A DNA stretch of 64,000 nucleotides. Source: Flaccisagitta enflata (Eukaryota). The stretch is taken from positions 27,590,001-27,654,000 of the forward strand of contig OZ231126.1 in the NCBI GenBank assembly GCA_965153355.1. The letters are read 5' to 3'. A model generated the notes under the pieces. That model ran no database searches. It had not been told where the DNA came from and saw nothing but the letters and a program-made list of their open reading frames with translations. Numbering within the stretch: position 1 is the first letter of the stretch; every line of letters begins with the position of its first letter. Made by a program: the position numbers and the translations under genes. Shown in pieces: positions 50,830 through 64,000 of this stretch.

Positions 50830-52350
50830 AGATGTCCTGATTTATACCTAAATCCAGCCTCTCAGGCCTCAAATCTGGCCTCTCAGGCCTCAAATCTGGC
50901 CTCTCAGGCCTCAAATCCAAATTCTCAGGCATCAAATCCAAATTCTCAGGCCTCAAACCTAGCCTCTCATACCTCAAATTAAGCCTCTCAGGCCTCAAAT
51001 AAGCCATCTAAACCTCAATTTATTGCTCTCAGTCCTCTGGCCTTTCAAGCCTTAATCCAGCTCTCTCAAGCTTTCAGTCAGCTCTCTCAAGCTTCCAATC
51101 GGCATTCTCAGGCCTTAAATCAGCCTTCTTAAACCTCAGTTTAGGCTCTTGAATGCCTTCAGTCAGCCCTCTATAGCATCTCATCAACATCTTAAGGTAG
51201 GAAAAACGAAAGCCCCATGTTCTACAGGACTTCGTCCCCTTTGGGGCCGTTGCCCTTCTTCCCCTCACTCCATTTCACAATCACTCAAAGCAGGGCAACG
51301 GGTATCACTGACCACATATTGCCCTTGGGCGACCTGTTTCTTTTTTGGGCAGTGGCCCCAAAGGGGGCTGATGACCTATGCTTTCACATATGCATACATT
51401 TTTCCTTCTTCTTCATGCCCCCCCCCCCCGCTTAATTCTGCCAAATTCTGCCAAATTCTGCCAAATTCTGCCAAATTCTACCAAATTCTACAATTCTGCT
51501 AAGATCTTAAAATATGTCAATATCAGCTAATTCTTTCAAATTCTGCCAATTTTGCCTAATTTGGCCTAAACCCAGTCTTGAGGCCCAAATCTTAGCCTTG
51601 AGGTCCAAATCCAGCTTTTAAGCAGCGGCCCCGAAGGGGACGGTCCTGTAAACACAGGGGGACTTTTGCTTGTCATCTGCTTGTCCGCTTGTTCCCTAGG
51701 ACTCTCAGACCTGAAATCTGCCCTCTCAGGTCAAAAATCTGCCCTCTCAGGTTTTGAATCTGCCCTCTCAGGCCTGAAATCTGTCCTCTTGAGCCTGAAA
51801 TCTGTCCTCTCTGGCCTGAAACCTGCCCTTGCAGATTCAAAGCCTGAGAGGGCAGATTTCAGGCGTGAGAGGGTGAATTTCAGGCCTGAGAGGACAGATT
51901 TCAGGCCTGAGATGGCTTGGGGGGAATGGACAGATGGACGGATTGATGAACGAAAGTCCCCCTGTGTTCTACAGGACTTCGTCCCCTTCGGGGCCGCTGT
52001 CCTGCTTCCTCCTTTCCCATTTCACAATCATGCAAAGCAGGGCAACGGGTATCGCTGACCACATATAGCCCCTGGGTGACCTGTTGACCTTAATCTTGAC
52101 CTAAATCCCAGCCTTTAGGCCAAACTTTGAGGCTAACTACCTAGCCTTGAGTCCCTAATAATAGCCTTTAGGCCCAAATTCCACCCTTGACACCCATATC
52201 CCAGTTTTGAGCCCCAAATCCCCAAAACTTTATGAGCATAGGTCATCGGCCCCTTCGGGACCGCTGCCCCTCCAACCACCTCACACCCACATACACCCAT
52301 TTAGGGGCAACGGGTACCACTGACTATTTAATGCTTTTGCGACCATTGCA
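50830..52350. mobile_element. Cluster of family D elements
   Basis: Several gcagcggccccgaagggg / ccccttcggggccgctg motifs, cagggcaacgggtatcgctgaccacatat ends and 21-bp repeats. Confidence 0.7.
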
Positions 52351-54730
52351 TTTATGGTTAGTTGTAGCTGCGCCTACTTAAATCTTTGGAGGCCCTATTT
52401 CATCCATCCCCTACCCACTGGCAAGTGACTTGGGTAGCTTTGTATTCTTGACCACTCGGAGCGGGGCATTGCGTAGCACTGACCATGTGCGATTCTTGGA
52501 CAACTTGTTTTGCTCATACGCAGATGTGTGCGCGGAACGTTAATAAAGGCTGAAATGACTTCTTTTTTCTCAAATCAGAAGTGTCGCTGCTTATGGAAAA
52601 GTTCATAGAAGGCCCTATCATTGGCTTTCTAAATGACTTTGGGTTTGAATCACCTTAAGTTGCATCTTATCCCCTTTTTTTGCTGAATTTAATAGTCTGA
52701 ATTTGATTGAAATTGATAATTTTGCTAAATCGAAAGTACCAGTAATGGCGGCTGTTGCCGTGAGGAAAAAAGTCATAAGCATTGGTCACTTTTCACCATG
52801 CTTTCGTCTTCAGTCACTGCAAATTTTGTATTTGTTAGATTAAATCAAGAGCAATTGTATGTATTGAATGCACAGAAAATCAGATAAGAATAGGACTGAG
52901 CCAAATGAGCTTGATGAGCTAAAATACTCAAAATCACTCACCCAGATGACCAATTATGCACACAGATATGTTCTCGTATTTGCATGCTCAGACATGTATC
53001 AAAACATTTATGCCATCAAAAATCAGAAAAAAAGATTGAGCTAAATGAGCTAAGTGAGCTAGAATACTGAATAACACCCTCACAGATGAGCAGCCATGCT
53101 TACTGACATGCTTTCTTGCATTTGCATGCTCAGACAAGTATCAAAATATCTATTCATTTTTCCGATTTAACATTAGAAAAAAAATTGAGCTAAATGAGCT
53201 AGATGAGCTAGAATACTCAAAAGCACCCTCAACGATGGGCAGTTACACTCAGGAACATGATTTCTTGTATTTGCATGCTCAAACAAACATCACTCCACTT
53301 CTTTATTGATCCTACACAAGATCGTAAAAAATTGAAAAAAAATTCTATTACTCTGACTTCTTACGTTCTATTATTCTGACTTCCTGCATCATTTTGCGCC
53401 ATCTGGTGTCATTCAAACTCATTTTGAACATCAGATATGAATTCAACATCAAAAATTATGTCACATTTGGTTTTGAACGCAGATTTTTGCCACGGAAAAA
53501 TGCGCTTTTGCAGGGATATCAAAGGAGTTTGCTTAAGATTCATGAAAAAAATGAAAGTGAAGATCATGCATTCTCATTGGTGGAGCAATAGAGGTTGGAC
53601 GAATTTTCCTGAGCGGGATTTTTTTGCGGAAAGTTTTCCGACCTCCAGAAGACCCATCCAGATCATATTGAGGCGGTTTCAGAGACCGGCCCTGCTCAAA
53701 TACTTGAACGACGTCATATGAAATGCGTGAACAGTCTCTGATGCTAAATCATAAGTAAACTATATGCTTAAACATTAAAAACTGATGAAATATTGAGGAA
53801 GGGAGTAGTTGTCTTGTGGTTCCTTTTGTCAGAAATCGTTTATGCCTTTCCAGTTAAGCTCAAGAAAAAAATATTCAAAAGATCAACTTTTTCCAAAATC
53901 ATTGAAAGGTGCAGGGTAATACCCATTTTTTGACTCTCCCAGCGGCTAGCTTCTTTACACATGCTTCGCCGCGAAGTTGAATGAGACTAGGATGGAAAGA
54001 TGGAGAATCAATTTTTTATAAGATTTTCTTTAGGAATTTGTTGTTTGATATATTGATGCAATCAAAAAGTATGAAGTTGTCTCCTTGTAGCGGCCTTGAC
54101 AGCTTCCCTTGCAGCCTCAATTACCGCTTTTTTGAAGGGTAGTTTATGAAAGCTCGTCTATCATCTACAGCTACATGAAATCGATTCTTGAAACTTGGCC
54201 CCAGTTTATCCTAAGTCCTAACCACTCATTCAAGGATTGCACATGCTCTGGTCATTTGCAATTGTATTTGGGTGACAGTAGGGTAGCGGCCTCAAAGGGT
54301 ATATGTCTTATGAGACACTTACGTGTATACATTTATTTTTCCGGTGTTCTACAGGACATTGGCCTTTTGGGGCCGCTGCCCAAAAAAAGAAATATATGTA
54401 CTTCTTTCTTGGGTGGTTAGAGAATGGTTTGATTGCAAAGATTTCACCCTTAATTTAATAGATCTGATTTAAAAATCGCTTATTTTACGGACCACTCGTC
54501 CTCTGCTTCATCAGAGCTGCGACCAAGTATTTTCAATTATGGGTTATTATTGATAATAAATGCACTACCCGGCAATTGTTCCATGCTGCTATCCTTTTGG
54601 TTTTCGTTCAGTCGCACACTGGTAATGTTGCACGGGGGTGCCTGTCTCTTGGTACATCCTTAGTGCTTTTGCCATATTTCGCGATGGTGTCCGGCCTTGT
54701 TTCTCCAATCTCCATGACTTATTTGCTAAT

Positions 54731-54776
<46 letters not shown>

Positions 54777-55630
54777 GATAAGTTGCAACAATTGATACGC
54801 TTGAATGAGAAAAAGTTTGAAACTGATCTTTTCACTCGTTTTGTGCCATTATTCGTACAGGTTTTTGCAAATTCAAGAAAAAATTGAGGAAGGATATAAC
54901 CCACCGCTTACCGCTCACTAACGCCCTTTTCTGCCTGCTTGAATGTTTGAACTTGACGAACCTTTTCTCGGAGATTGGCGTTCGTTTTCTCATACGTTTC
55001 TCTTATGCCTCGGAGATTGGGGGATATTCAGTTACCGCTTAAAAAGAAAACAACAAAGAAAAAAACTCAAAATAGAAAAAAAAACTCCCATCACATCTCG
55101 GGGGGCAAAAAATCAACGCTTTTCCGCTTTGATCATTCTTTCAATTTCGTTTTAAAAGGGAAAATCCGCTTTTTGATCGTTTTCTTCGCCTTTTCTCTTC
55201 CTTTTCGGTCGAAAGGGGGGAATGCCTACTTGTTTTGAAATACGTGGCTTCAATTAAAAAGAATAACAAACGTTGAAATCCCCACTCGACAACGCGCTTT
55301 TTATAAGAAAAGAAAAAAAAGAGATCTTTACCGATTTTCTTTCTCTTCTTGGATAACTTACCGGATTTACCTCGCATCATTTCATATCGTGAGAGAGCAA
55401 CAACGAAGCATTTTAAAATGGATGTATTCGTGTCATGGAGGTGGTAATTCCACTGAGCGAGGCCCTAAGATTACCGCAGTTGACAACCAACGACGACGTC
55501 TTGGCAACGACGTCTTGGAATATTCTCCCTTGATGTTTTGACTGGATAAGAAAAAGGCAACGGCCAAGACAGCCAAGTTGATCGACCCATAGGCTTGAAA
55601 TCGGCGATTTAAAGACGAAGACTTTGAACC

Positions 55631-55829
55631 ATGTCGACGATAGCATCGAGCGGAGGCAACGGCACTTCCGGTTTAAGATCCACATCCGCTCTCGAGCGAT
55701 TACGCGCGCGCAGACAAAACGGCGGCTCGGATCCTTATTCCTCGGATTCGTCGGACAAATTGGCCAATGGAAGCTCGTCAAAGATAAATGGCGATCCTAG
55801 CGACGCCGCCAACGCCAATGCCACTCCCG
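55631..55829 (+). CDS. Probable first coding exon of an unidentified protein or isoform
   Basis: accATG with in-frame upstream stop; MSTIASSGGNGTSGLRSTSALERLRARRQNGG...ANATP+G; phase-1 donor G|GTACCC is compatible with the exon at 59670. Confidence 0.6.
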
Positions 55830-56757
55830 GTACCCTGTTCGACGCGACCCGCCTAATATTAATCGCTCCAAGAGTAGTTATAGGACATTAATTTGAACAA
55901 GGCCAACACCTTTAAGTCGCGTGCGGGACATAAATAACTTACAATGACTATAAATGACTCAAGATGACGGTAAATGACTCAAGATGACTTAAAATGACTT
56001 GATGACTTCGAAATGATTTTAAAATTTAAAATGACTTAATAAAGATTAAAAATGACTTGAACGACAAAATTGACCTAATTGACCTAGTATGACCTAGTGT
56101 GACTTAGTATGACTTAGAATGACTTAAAGTATGGTAAAATAGTAAAGTGTGATGGACGGATGGATGGACGGACAGACAAAGCGGGGTGTAGTTGCGTAGC
56201 GCGCGACTAAAAATCAATGGCAAATGTTAACTGAGATCGTCAACCTATCAGTAGAGCTTCCTCAGTTATGATTATACTGTGTAGGGCACAAGTAAATGGA
56301 AAAAATGAGAATTAGATTCAGAATGAGCTCATAAGGCCTTTAAAGCTCTTCATTTTGGTTTTAGTTTAGCAGACATACACATCTTTCAAACCTTCCGAGG
56401 GGCAGGGATTTCAACCTCAAAGTTTCCGACATGATTTTCTAACTATTCCCTGTCTTAAAGCAATCAAAATATAGAAAAAAGCAATAAATATGCATAGATA
56501 TACTTTTCTCATTTCAAGACTTACATTAACAGTTCTACGCCTAATCAAGCAAAAAAGTGGGGTTGATATTTTGAAGTGAATCAACAGCCTCTGAGATGAG
56601 ATAAAATTTGAGTTTTTAAGCTGCAGAGCTATGCACAGTGCCATTTTCCTGCACCATGCATCATGTCAATCGTGTCTTTAATCAACCCATCAGCATGTCG
56701 AATTTTTGGGCCATTCCAAGCTATGATGACTTCTTTGCCCTTTTCTTTCTTTCCTTC

Positions 56758-57767
56758 TTTTTGTCCCCGACGAAAAGTTTTCGTCGGTGACTATGAGGTG
56801 GACCTGATCGTGTAGTCTGTCTGTTTGTTTGTTTGGCGTTTAAAACCTTCTCATATTTTTTGAACCAGACTTCAGAAGTTCATGAAACTTTACCAGCACT
56901 ATTCTTATGTCAATGGGAGCTTGTGTACCAATTTTCAGAAAAATTCATTAATTTTTACTACCCTTTGCCTATTATTTTTGTAGTAATATTTTACTGGACT
57001 TAGGCGATTTACATAGGCAGAGGGTAGTAAACTTATGTGAATTTTTTTTTAATTTGGTATACAAGTAAGGGTCACTGAATAAGCAGCCCCTGCAAAATTC
57101 GAATTAAATCTGAAGTCTGGTTCATGAGATATTAGCTAATTTATTTATGCAGTAATATGTTACTGGGACTTAGGCGATTTACATAGGCAGAGGGTAGTAA
57201 ACTTATGTGAATTTTTTTTTAATTTGGTATACAAGTAAAGGATAGTAAATAAATCACCCCTGCAAAATTCGAATTAAATCTGAAGTCTGGTTTAGGAGAT
57301 ATTAGCTATTTATGTAGTGATATATGTTACTAGGACTTAGGCAGTTTACAGGCAGTGTGTTATATGAATTTTTTTATTTTGGTATTCATTTAAAGGACAT
57401 CAATTGAACAGCCCCTGCAAAATTCAATTTAAATCTGAAGTCTGATTTATGAGATATAAACATATTTATGTAGTAATATATTACTGCTGTGAGAGTGGGT
57501 GAATTGTTCATTGAGGAGATTTGCACTTTTCTCATTTACATATTGCGGATGACCATTTATTTGTTTAAAGATTTTTGTGTGATGCATTTATTAGTTAAAT
57601 ATCATTTTACATTCACTCATGTTGTTGTTCAGCTTTATAGTATTTTCATTATTACGATTTAAATGATAAACAATTACTAATTTAGTTACTTGTAATTCCC
57701 AACGCTGAACTACTTATATTCAGAAGATTTGCTCTGGTCAAAGTTCACCTTCATGGTAAAAAGGTTT

Positions 57768-57827
<60 letters not shown>

Positions 57828-58260
57828 ACACACGAGAGAGCTTGTGCACGTGATACCAAGGTGCTTTTGTTTAGGGTTTTGCTGTGTGCTTCATGACTCT
57901 AAAAAATTTTTTTTTTTTTTTTTTTTAATTTTTTTTTGAAAAAATTTTTTTTTGAAATTTTTGAAAAAAAATTTTATTTTGTTGAAAAATTTTTTATTTT
58001 ATTTTATTTTATTTTATTTTATTTTATTTTTATTTTATTTTATTTTATTTTATTTTATTTTATTTTATTTTATTTAATTTGTTGAAAATTTTTATTTTGT
58101 TGAAAATTTTTTTTTAAAAATTTTTTTTTGAAAATTTTTATTTTTTTTTTTATTTTTTTTTTTTGAAAAATTTTTTTTTTTGTCGTAGATTTTCTGGAGT
58201 CGCATGATTGACGACTTCAAAATTAGTCCCAGTCGGGGACTGTAATTTTGAAGCTTTTTT
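56758..58260 (+). mobile_element. Helentron/DINE-1-like family A, copy 3
   Basis: Same 5' hairpin and ~166-bp units; slightly decayed 3' palindrome; different cargo, (CA)n and T-rich tracts. Confidence 0.78.
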
Positions 58261-59669
58261 TCTTTCTTTATTATCTTAATCTTTCCTCTGTTTCTTTCTT
58301 CCTTTTTTTTTTCTTTCTTTTTCTTTTCCTTCCTTCCTTCCTTCCTTCCTTCCTTCCTTCCTTCCTTTTTTTCTTCCCTCCCTCCCTTCCTTCCTTCCTT
58401 TCCTTTCCTTTCCTTTCCTTTCCTTTCCTTTCCTTTCCTTCCCTTCCCTTCCGACAGGCTTACATCCCTTCCGAGGAGCGGCGCTCCCCGCTCTTCCATA
58501 ATGTGTATGTCTGTAGTTTAGTAATAATGTTGATCAATTTTTTATGAAAAAAGTAATTTTATATGTATCTGCTTAATCAATTTATGTACTTATATCATCT
58601 TAGTAACAAAATAAAAACAGTAAGAATAATTTTTCAATTGAAATTTTATTTACAAAAGAAACTTGATGTTTATTTGTAAGTGTACCAACCACTTATTTAG
58701 GAAGGTGTTTGTTGGTCAATTAGTTGGGCAGATAGTTTCCTAAATGTTTGATAAATACTTAAATATTGTATTTCTTAAGTTTTGTAAAGAAATCAATTTT
58801 CATTTTGTCCATATACTTTTGATCTAGTTGGTAGAATTTCTGCGAAAGACATAGTCACATAATTAATTTTCAAAGAGTAGATCAGTTCTTTCTCTGATTT
58901 GCTATTTTAATTTTTTTTAAATCTTTTTGTTTTGATAAATTCATCGGCATCAGAAGAGAATTTGCGTAAGCATTTGATGAGAAATATCTCCCTCTTGAGC
59001 CACTTCATCCGATCCGCATTTTCTCATCTTGAAACCAATTGCCTTAGACTCGATTATTCAAACGTTATTCAGTAAATTCCCGAATTCCTTTAACTTTTCT
59101 TAAATCCTTTTATATTCCACACTTGTGCCCCCGGCGTCCTTTGCTCCAGTCTCACCCACCCTCCTCTCCAACTTGCATTACTCTTTTCCTTTAATTTCTT
59201 TAAATTCCCTCCCTGAATTTAAAGACCTTCAGATGACAGAACAAGGAGAGATTATTCAGTCACAGTTCCCTCCCTTTTCCTTTGAAGAAAACTCTCTCTA
59301 AAATCTTCCTTTAGTTCCTTATTTTCGGTCTGTCTCACTATCTGTGTGTGTATGTGTGTGTGTGTCTGTCTGTCTTACTGTGTGTGTGTGTCTCTCTCTC
59401 TCTCTCTCTCTCTCTGTTCTGTCGACCTTGTTCCACTTTTCTGCTTTGAGTGGCCTCTTTGAAAAAGCAAATTTTGTTAAAAGTACTTAAATTTTAGAAC
59501 TTATTTTCCCCTCAACAAATTAGCAAAAAAACTCTTAGGCGAAAAGAATAGTAATATAATGCTGGAGTGGATTTAGTTACTGCCATTTTACATCGTCCTT
59601 CCTTAAATTGGATGCTCATATTTCTTCTTCGACCTGAGAGCTGACCTCGATTCCGTTTTCCACCGCTAG

Positions 59670-59860
59670 GATCGGAATCGTCGCCCTCGCTCGGCGTAAA
59701 AAAGTTTTCACTTTCGTCCACCGGTGGCGTTACTTCACCAACTGGTTACACGTCTCGTTATACTCCAACCAATTCGTCTTCGACGTTACAATCAGGTCCC
59801 GCGGTGCCTGAAAAACCCGCGGTGCCCGAAAAACCTTCCGTGGCGGATAAATTACCTAAA
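59670..59860 (+). CDS. Internal coding exon, Ser/Thr/Pro-rich
   Basis: ttccgttttccaccgctag acceptor; (G)SESSPSLGVKKFSLSSTGGVTSPTGYTSRYTPTNSSSTLQSGPAVPEKPAVPEKPSVADKLPK; AAA|GTAAGA donor; phase 1/0. Confidence 0.72.
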
Positions 59861-60691
59861 GTAAGAATATTTATCCCGACTACAAAATCTGATAGTTTGA
59901 ATATCATTAAGTTTGATACGGCCCATATGGGGCAGGGGTAGGGCTACCTTTGTTGCAACCGATCAACCGCCTGCATTTCTTTCATCCCATTGAATAAAGA
60001 TCTATTCCTCTCGCTTATGAGTAAACTCTAAAAAGGTTTGCTATTTAAGGCAAAGAAGGTCAAAAGGGAGAATCGACGGTTGGTTGAATGGAGGTATCCG
60101 ACCATCGAACTCTATCGACCGACAAGACTTCTTTTAGAACTTCTATATGCCGCTTTCATGAAAAAGAAGAAAAAAGAAAAATAAAACAATAAAACACGGC
60201 TTCCCCAGTTGCGTGCGGGTGGGCAGGGGCTGTATTTGGGGTCGCTTGATCATTTGGGCGGGAGCAGTGAGGCCAGAGACGGACGGACAGATGGACGGAC
60301 CGGTAGTAAGCGACAAAAAAATTCATTTTCAAATGCGAGAAGATGAAACGTCGGCAGAATTCTTCACTTCATTTGAATGTAGTCCCCGTCGAGCGATGAA
60401 CAAACCCAACCCAACCAAACCTGTTGTTCGTCTTTCATCTTTTTTGACGTGATGACGTCAACCCATGGGACTTGGCTACGAAATGAACTTAGGAGAAACC
60501 TCTCGGGAGAAGGGCAAAATATCGATTATTTCAGCGGGATGTATTATTTTTCGCTCATTTTTGACAAGTTGGAACTCGCTTGGTAGATCTGTTATATACC
60601 TCGGCAGTATAACGGAATGAATCTAGTTTTGTGCCTTAAATGAACGCCAAGGAAGATGATAGCGTTATTAATATTATAAGTAATGTTGATA

Positions 60692-61298
60692 CAGTGGGGT
60701 TCGTGGAATAACAGCCTAAACTGGAGGAAGGTATTTAAGCGTCCTAAATTCATTTGACAAATTTGATATTTAGAATTTAAATTTTTTAATCGATGCTTTT
60801 GAGTTCTGTCCCTGAGTTTTTCGGTTGTTATGGAAACCAAAATTATTTTTTCAAACATTTGTAACCACTAGAATATCAATATTTTGACAAATATTATTAA
60901 GGAACATTGCTCAGAATTGAATTTGCTACAACTTTCCCACAGTATGTTCTGTAAGAATATTGCTCTTTTGGCCGTTGCAAGGGGGCATCACACCCAGCAA
61001 CCGCTAAATAATGCTCCCTAGCAACAGCCAAACGAGCAATATTCTTACAGAACATACTATGGGAAAGTTGTAGTAAATTCAATTCTGAGCAATGTTCCCT
61101 GATAATATTTGTCAAAATTATGATTTTCTATTACTTATAAATGTCCAAAAAAATAATTTTGGTTTCCATAGTAACCAAAAACTCCGGGACAAAAGCATCG
61201 ATTGAATAACTTACATTTCAAATATCAAGTATGTAAGAAAAAATTAAGACACTTAATACCTTCCCCCAGTCTAGGCTGTTATTCCACGAACCCCACTG
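60692..61298. mobile_element. Tc1/mariner-like MITE
   Basis: ~250-bp TIRs cagtggggttcgtggaataacagcct...aggctgttattccacgaaccccactg; TA on the left flank, CA on the right. Confidence 0.75.
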
Positions 61299-61498
61299 CA
61301 CATGCTCACTAAAGGGCGGTTACACAGCCACTACCAGTCGTGGACAGGTAGCAAAAATTTCTTATCTGACTTGATCATTTCCAGTAAAGGCGGCTCTCGT
61401 CGACCGGAAAAAAAATCGTAAGATTGTTTTTGTTATTTTCAGTTCCTTCTCTCTCATTTCAATTTTCTTTTCACTCTCTCATTTAGCTGCATGCACCT

Positions 61499-61563
61499 GT
61501 GTGTGTGTGTGTTTGTGTGTTTGTGTTTGTGTTTGTGTTTGTGTGTGTGTTTGTGTGTGTGTT

Positions 61564-61594
<31 letters not shown>

Positions 61595-61616
61595 GTGTTT
61601 TTGTGTGTGTGTGTGT

Positions 61617-61651
<35 letters not shown>
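61499..61651. repeat. (GT)n/(CT)n compound microsatellite
   Basis: Directly visible. Confidence 0.9.
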
Positions 61652-61653
<2 letters not shown>

Positions 61654-61662
61654 AAAAGTTGT

Positions 61663-61873
61663 AAACAAGGCTGGATACACGGCTACCCCAGTCGCGTGCG
61701 GGTGGGCAGGGGCCATAATTGAGGTCAGTGGAACATTTGGGCAGGAGCAATAAGGCCAAAACCCCCATTAACGCCAAAAAAGTAGTGTGACGGATGGACC
61801 GACGGACCGACGGACCGACGGATGGACGGACCGACAAAGCGGGGTGTAGAGTCGCGTAGCACGCGACTAAAAA
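61663..61873 (-). mobile_element. Family I element
   Basis: aacaaggctggatacacggct...agtcgcgtgc...gcacgcgactaaaa. Confidence 0.65.
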
Positions 61874-63124
61874 TATTGTTTAAGTTGTGTGCCACACAAC
61901 TTAAAACCCCACTTTGTCCGTCCGTGGGTTGGTTGGTTGCTTGATCATTACGAACCATCAGACGCACCAACGGAACAATGGACGGACACTTCCTCATGTA
62001 GATTCGCTTGTCCGCGACTTAAACGGTACTTGATTTTTTTCTTATTGCCAGGGATCTTACCACATTGGAAATGAGAAAAGTTCATAAGCTAGAGCTTGAA
62101 AAAGGTTAGCCCGTAGATCTCAACAGTTCAGCTTTTGCTCTGAAGTCAAATTCAACTGCGTGTAAGATAAAATCACTACGGCCAAACGCTAGCTTCTACA
62201 ATCCCGGCAACGGCACCGGCGGATAGAGTGTTAAGTTCTGTTTTGGATTTCAAATGAAAATTAGGAGATAAAAGCACCCACGCTTTTTAATATTAAATCA
62301 ATTGACACAATGTTTCATACAATATTCTGTTCATGCGCTCAGAGTTAAAGTCCGGGGATGTAAAGGTCAACTTAAGCACAGACAGTCATATTTTTTTTTA
62401 ATCTATAGTATTTCATATGTATTATGGTCAATCTTTTTTTCATCGATGTTACTCATAAGGTTTGGCAGATATTTCACTTTTCTTACTAGACCTACTTCCC
62501 TACTCGGATGATGACTAAAGTAAAGGGGATTTTTATGAAGCAATTTTCCTTGTCATCATTGCCATCTTATTATGCTGTAGTGAGAGACGCACTAACATTA
62601 ACTCACTACGGAAACATTTTTTTTGAGGCGCCAAATGGCGTTTTGCAGATAACTGCATGCAGTCGGATTCACCTTTGGTGTTCTGATGCAATTTATACAT
62701 ATCAGCGTATCTCTTTGTCTATTTATTCGTTGGTTTTAGCCAGTCTGTCTTTCTTTCTCAACGCGTAATGATACATTGGAAAGTTAACTCTGACTTGGAA
62801 AAAATGTCGGTGGAGATGAGTTTTAGAAAGAAGTCGTAGGATAAGTGTTACCTTTTTTTCCGTCTTTTTATAATAAAAATGTTTAAACAACATCAAAACG
62901 AGTAATGCTGAAGACATATGATTTCCACAGTTGTATTCAGCGCCCTCACTTTAGTCAAATTGCTAAAAATGATTTTCGAGCGAGCTTTTTTACCCCCGCT
63001 GATATCGCCGCCTACATAAGCTGATCAAAATAGGATTCGTGATTGGCGGATTTAGGTCAAAGGTGGGATTGAATTTAACATGTTAACTAGTTAATATTAC
63101 GCATAATAACATTCCATCTCCGCT

Positions 63125-63185
63125 TTTTGTTTTTCCCTTCCCTCTCTTCTACTCCACTCTTCGCTCCGCATTTTTGTAGGTAAGT
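63125..63185 (+). promoter_or_regulatory. Candidate recursive splice site (ratchet point)
   Basis: ~50-nt polypyrimidine tract then TAG|GTAAGT (junction 63179/63180); no ATG-open frame seen leading into it. Confidence 0.45.
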
Positions 63186-64000
63186 AACTAGTCCTGAAAA
63201 TATTCTTAGATTTGTATTGCGATCAGCTTGACTCAAAGATATTGTCATGTTACGGGGTAGTTTTATTTCCTATTTATCTTGAGTTTGGTCTTTGAAATGA
63301 TATATCCACCCGAAAGATATAAATGGAGAATGAAATAATATATCTGCATGATTACAAGCCATCTGTTTCGGATTTTGATTTTTCGCATGACTTGAAAATA
63401 TATTTCTTTCACGCGTTGGGAGTTAGTGGGTGGTCGCTGCCTGCTCGGGGGAAACATATTTTCTGATAAATTCGTGTGATCCTCTCTTGTTTGTATTTCC
63501 TCTCGAATCGGTTGACGCATTAATGACTACCCCATTTGTTATCAAATCTCGAGTGTTAGATTCCTTTTTCGAGAATTTAAAGCGAGTTTGGACCAAATGA
63601 CGTCTTTTACGACTCGTTGATGGAACACTCCAACAGAGTGCTGGAAGGGTTTTATTATTTGCGGAATTTCCCTGGAAGGAAGCTGGTTTATAGTGAGTTG
63701 TTTCTTCTTGGGGCTAGGTGGGGGTATTATATTTTCGTCCAACAGACGGTAACCGGAATAACATAAGTACTTTTTTTGGACATTGTTTATCTAATGTCTA
63801 TGATTTTTTCTCAGGACATATGCTTATTCTTAGAGATAGAATGTTGGTTGTCAATCTCTTTTAGAAAAATATTTGCAGGTGACACCGCTCAGTTAGCGTT
63901 GTACTGGCTGTTAGTAAATATGTAAGGGTCGGGACGTGATACATGGGTGCTTCACTTAGTAAAAGTTGGTTATTTCTTTTCACCCTCTTTACTTAATATA

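Larger units (their letters stand above)
49252..53729. mobile_element. Composite non-autonomous element with CAC...GTG termini (Chapaev-like)
   Basis: ~160-bp TIRs cacgcattttatatgacatcgtacaagtatttgagcagggccggtctctga / tcagagaccggccctgctcaaatacttgaacgacgtcatatgaaatgcgtg; 4-bp TSD aaca; internal ~370-bp and ~150-bp tandem repeats; nested family I and D copies. Confidence 0.8.

Noticed and set aside
63263-63742. Two minus-strand ORFs near the window end
   Set aside because: Short, with non-ATG starts and no recognisable domain or exon boundaries.

Overview
This is eukaryotic, most likely invertebrate animal, genomic DNA: AT-rich, GT-AG introns and dense repeats. No prokaryotic features, rRNA, tRNA or CRISPR arrays were found. 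All supported genes are on the + strand. (1) The last four coding exons of TRAP-alpha/SSR1 lie at <1-1970. (2) A strongly diverged casein kinase II alpha-like kinase has six readable exons at ~20275-25692. About 1.3 kb upstream is an ORF with a type-II signal-anchor-like segment and acidic stem, which may be its first exon. (3) Scattered exons of one or more long-intron genes encode low-complexity proteins: a 2.35 kb Ser/Asp-rich exon with SILK and RVxF-like motifs, a phase-matched exon pair at 55631 and 59670, and several candidate first exons or AG|GT sites. The rest is non-autonomous DNA transposons with readable TIRs and TSDs (hAT-, Tc1/mariner-, Chapaev-, Mutator-, Merlin- and Sola2-like), at least three Helentron/DINE-1-like families, and mini/microsatellites. 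No transposase ORF was recognised. Superfamily calls rest on terminal motifs and TSD length only; no database search was possible.
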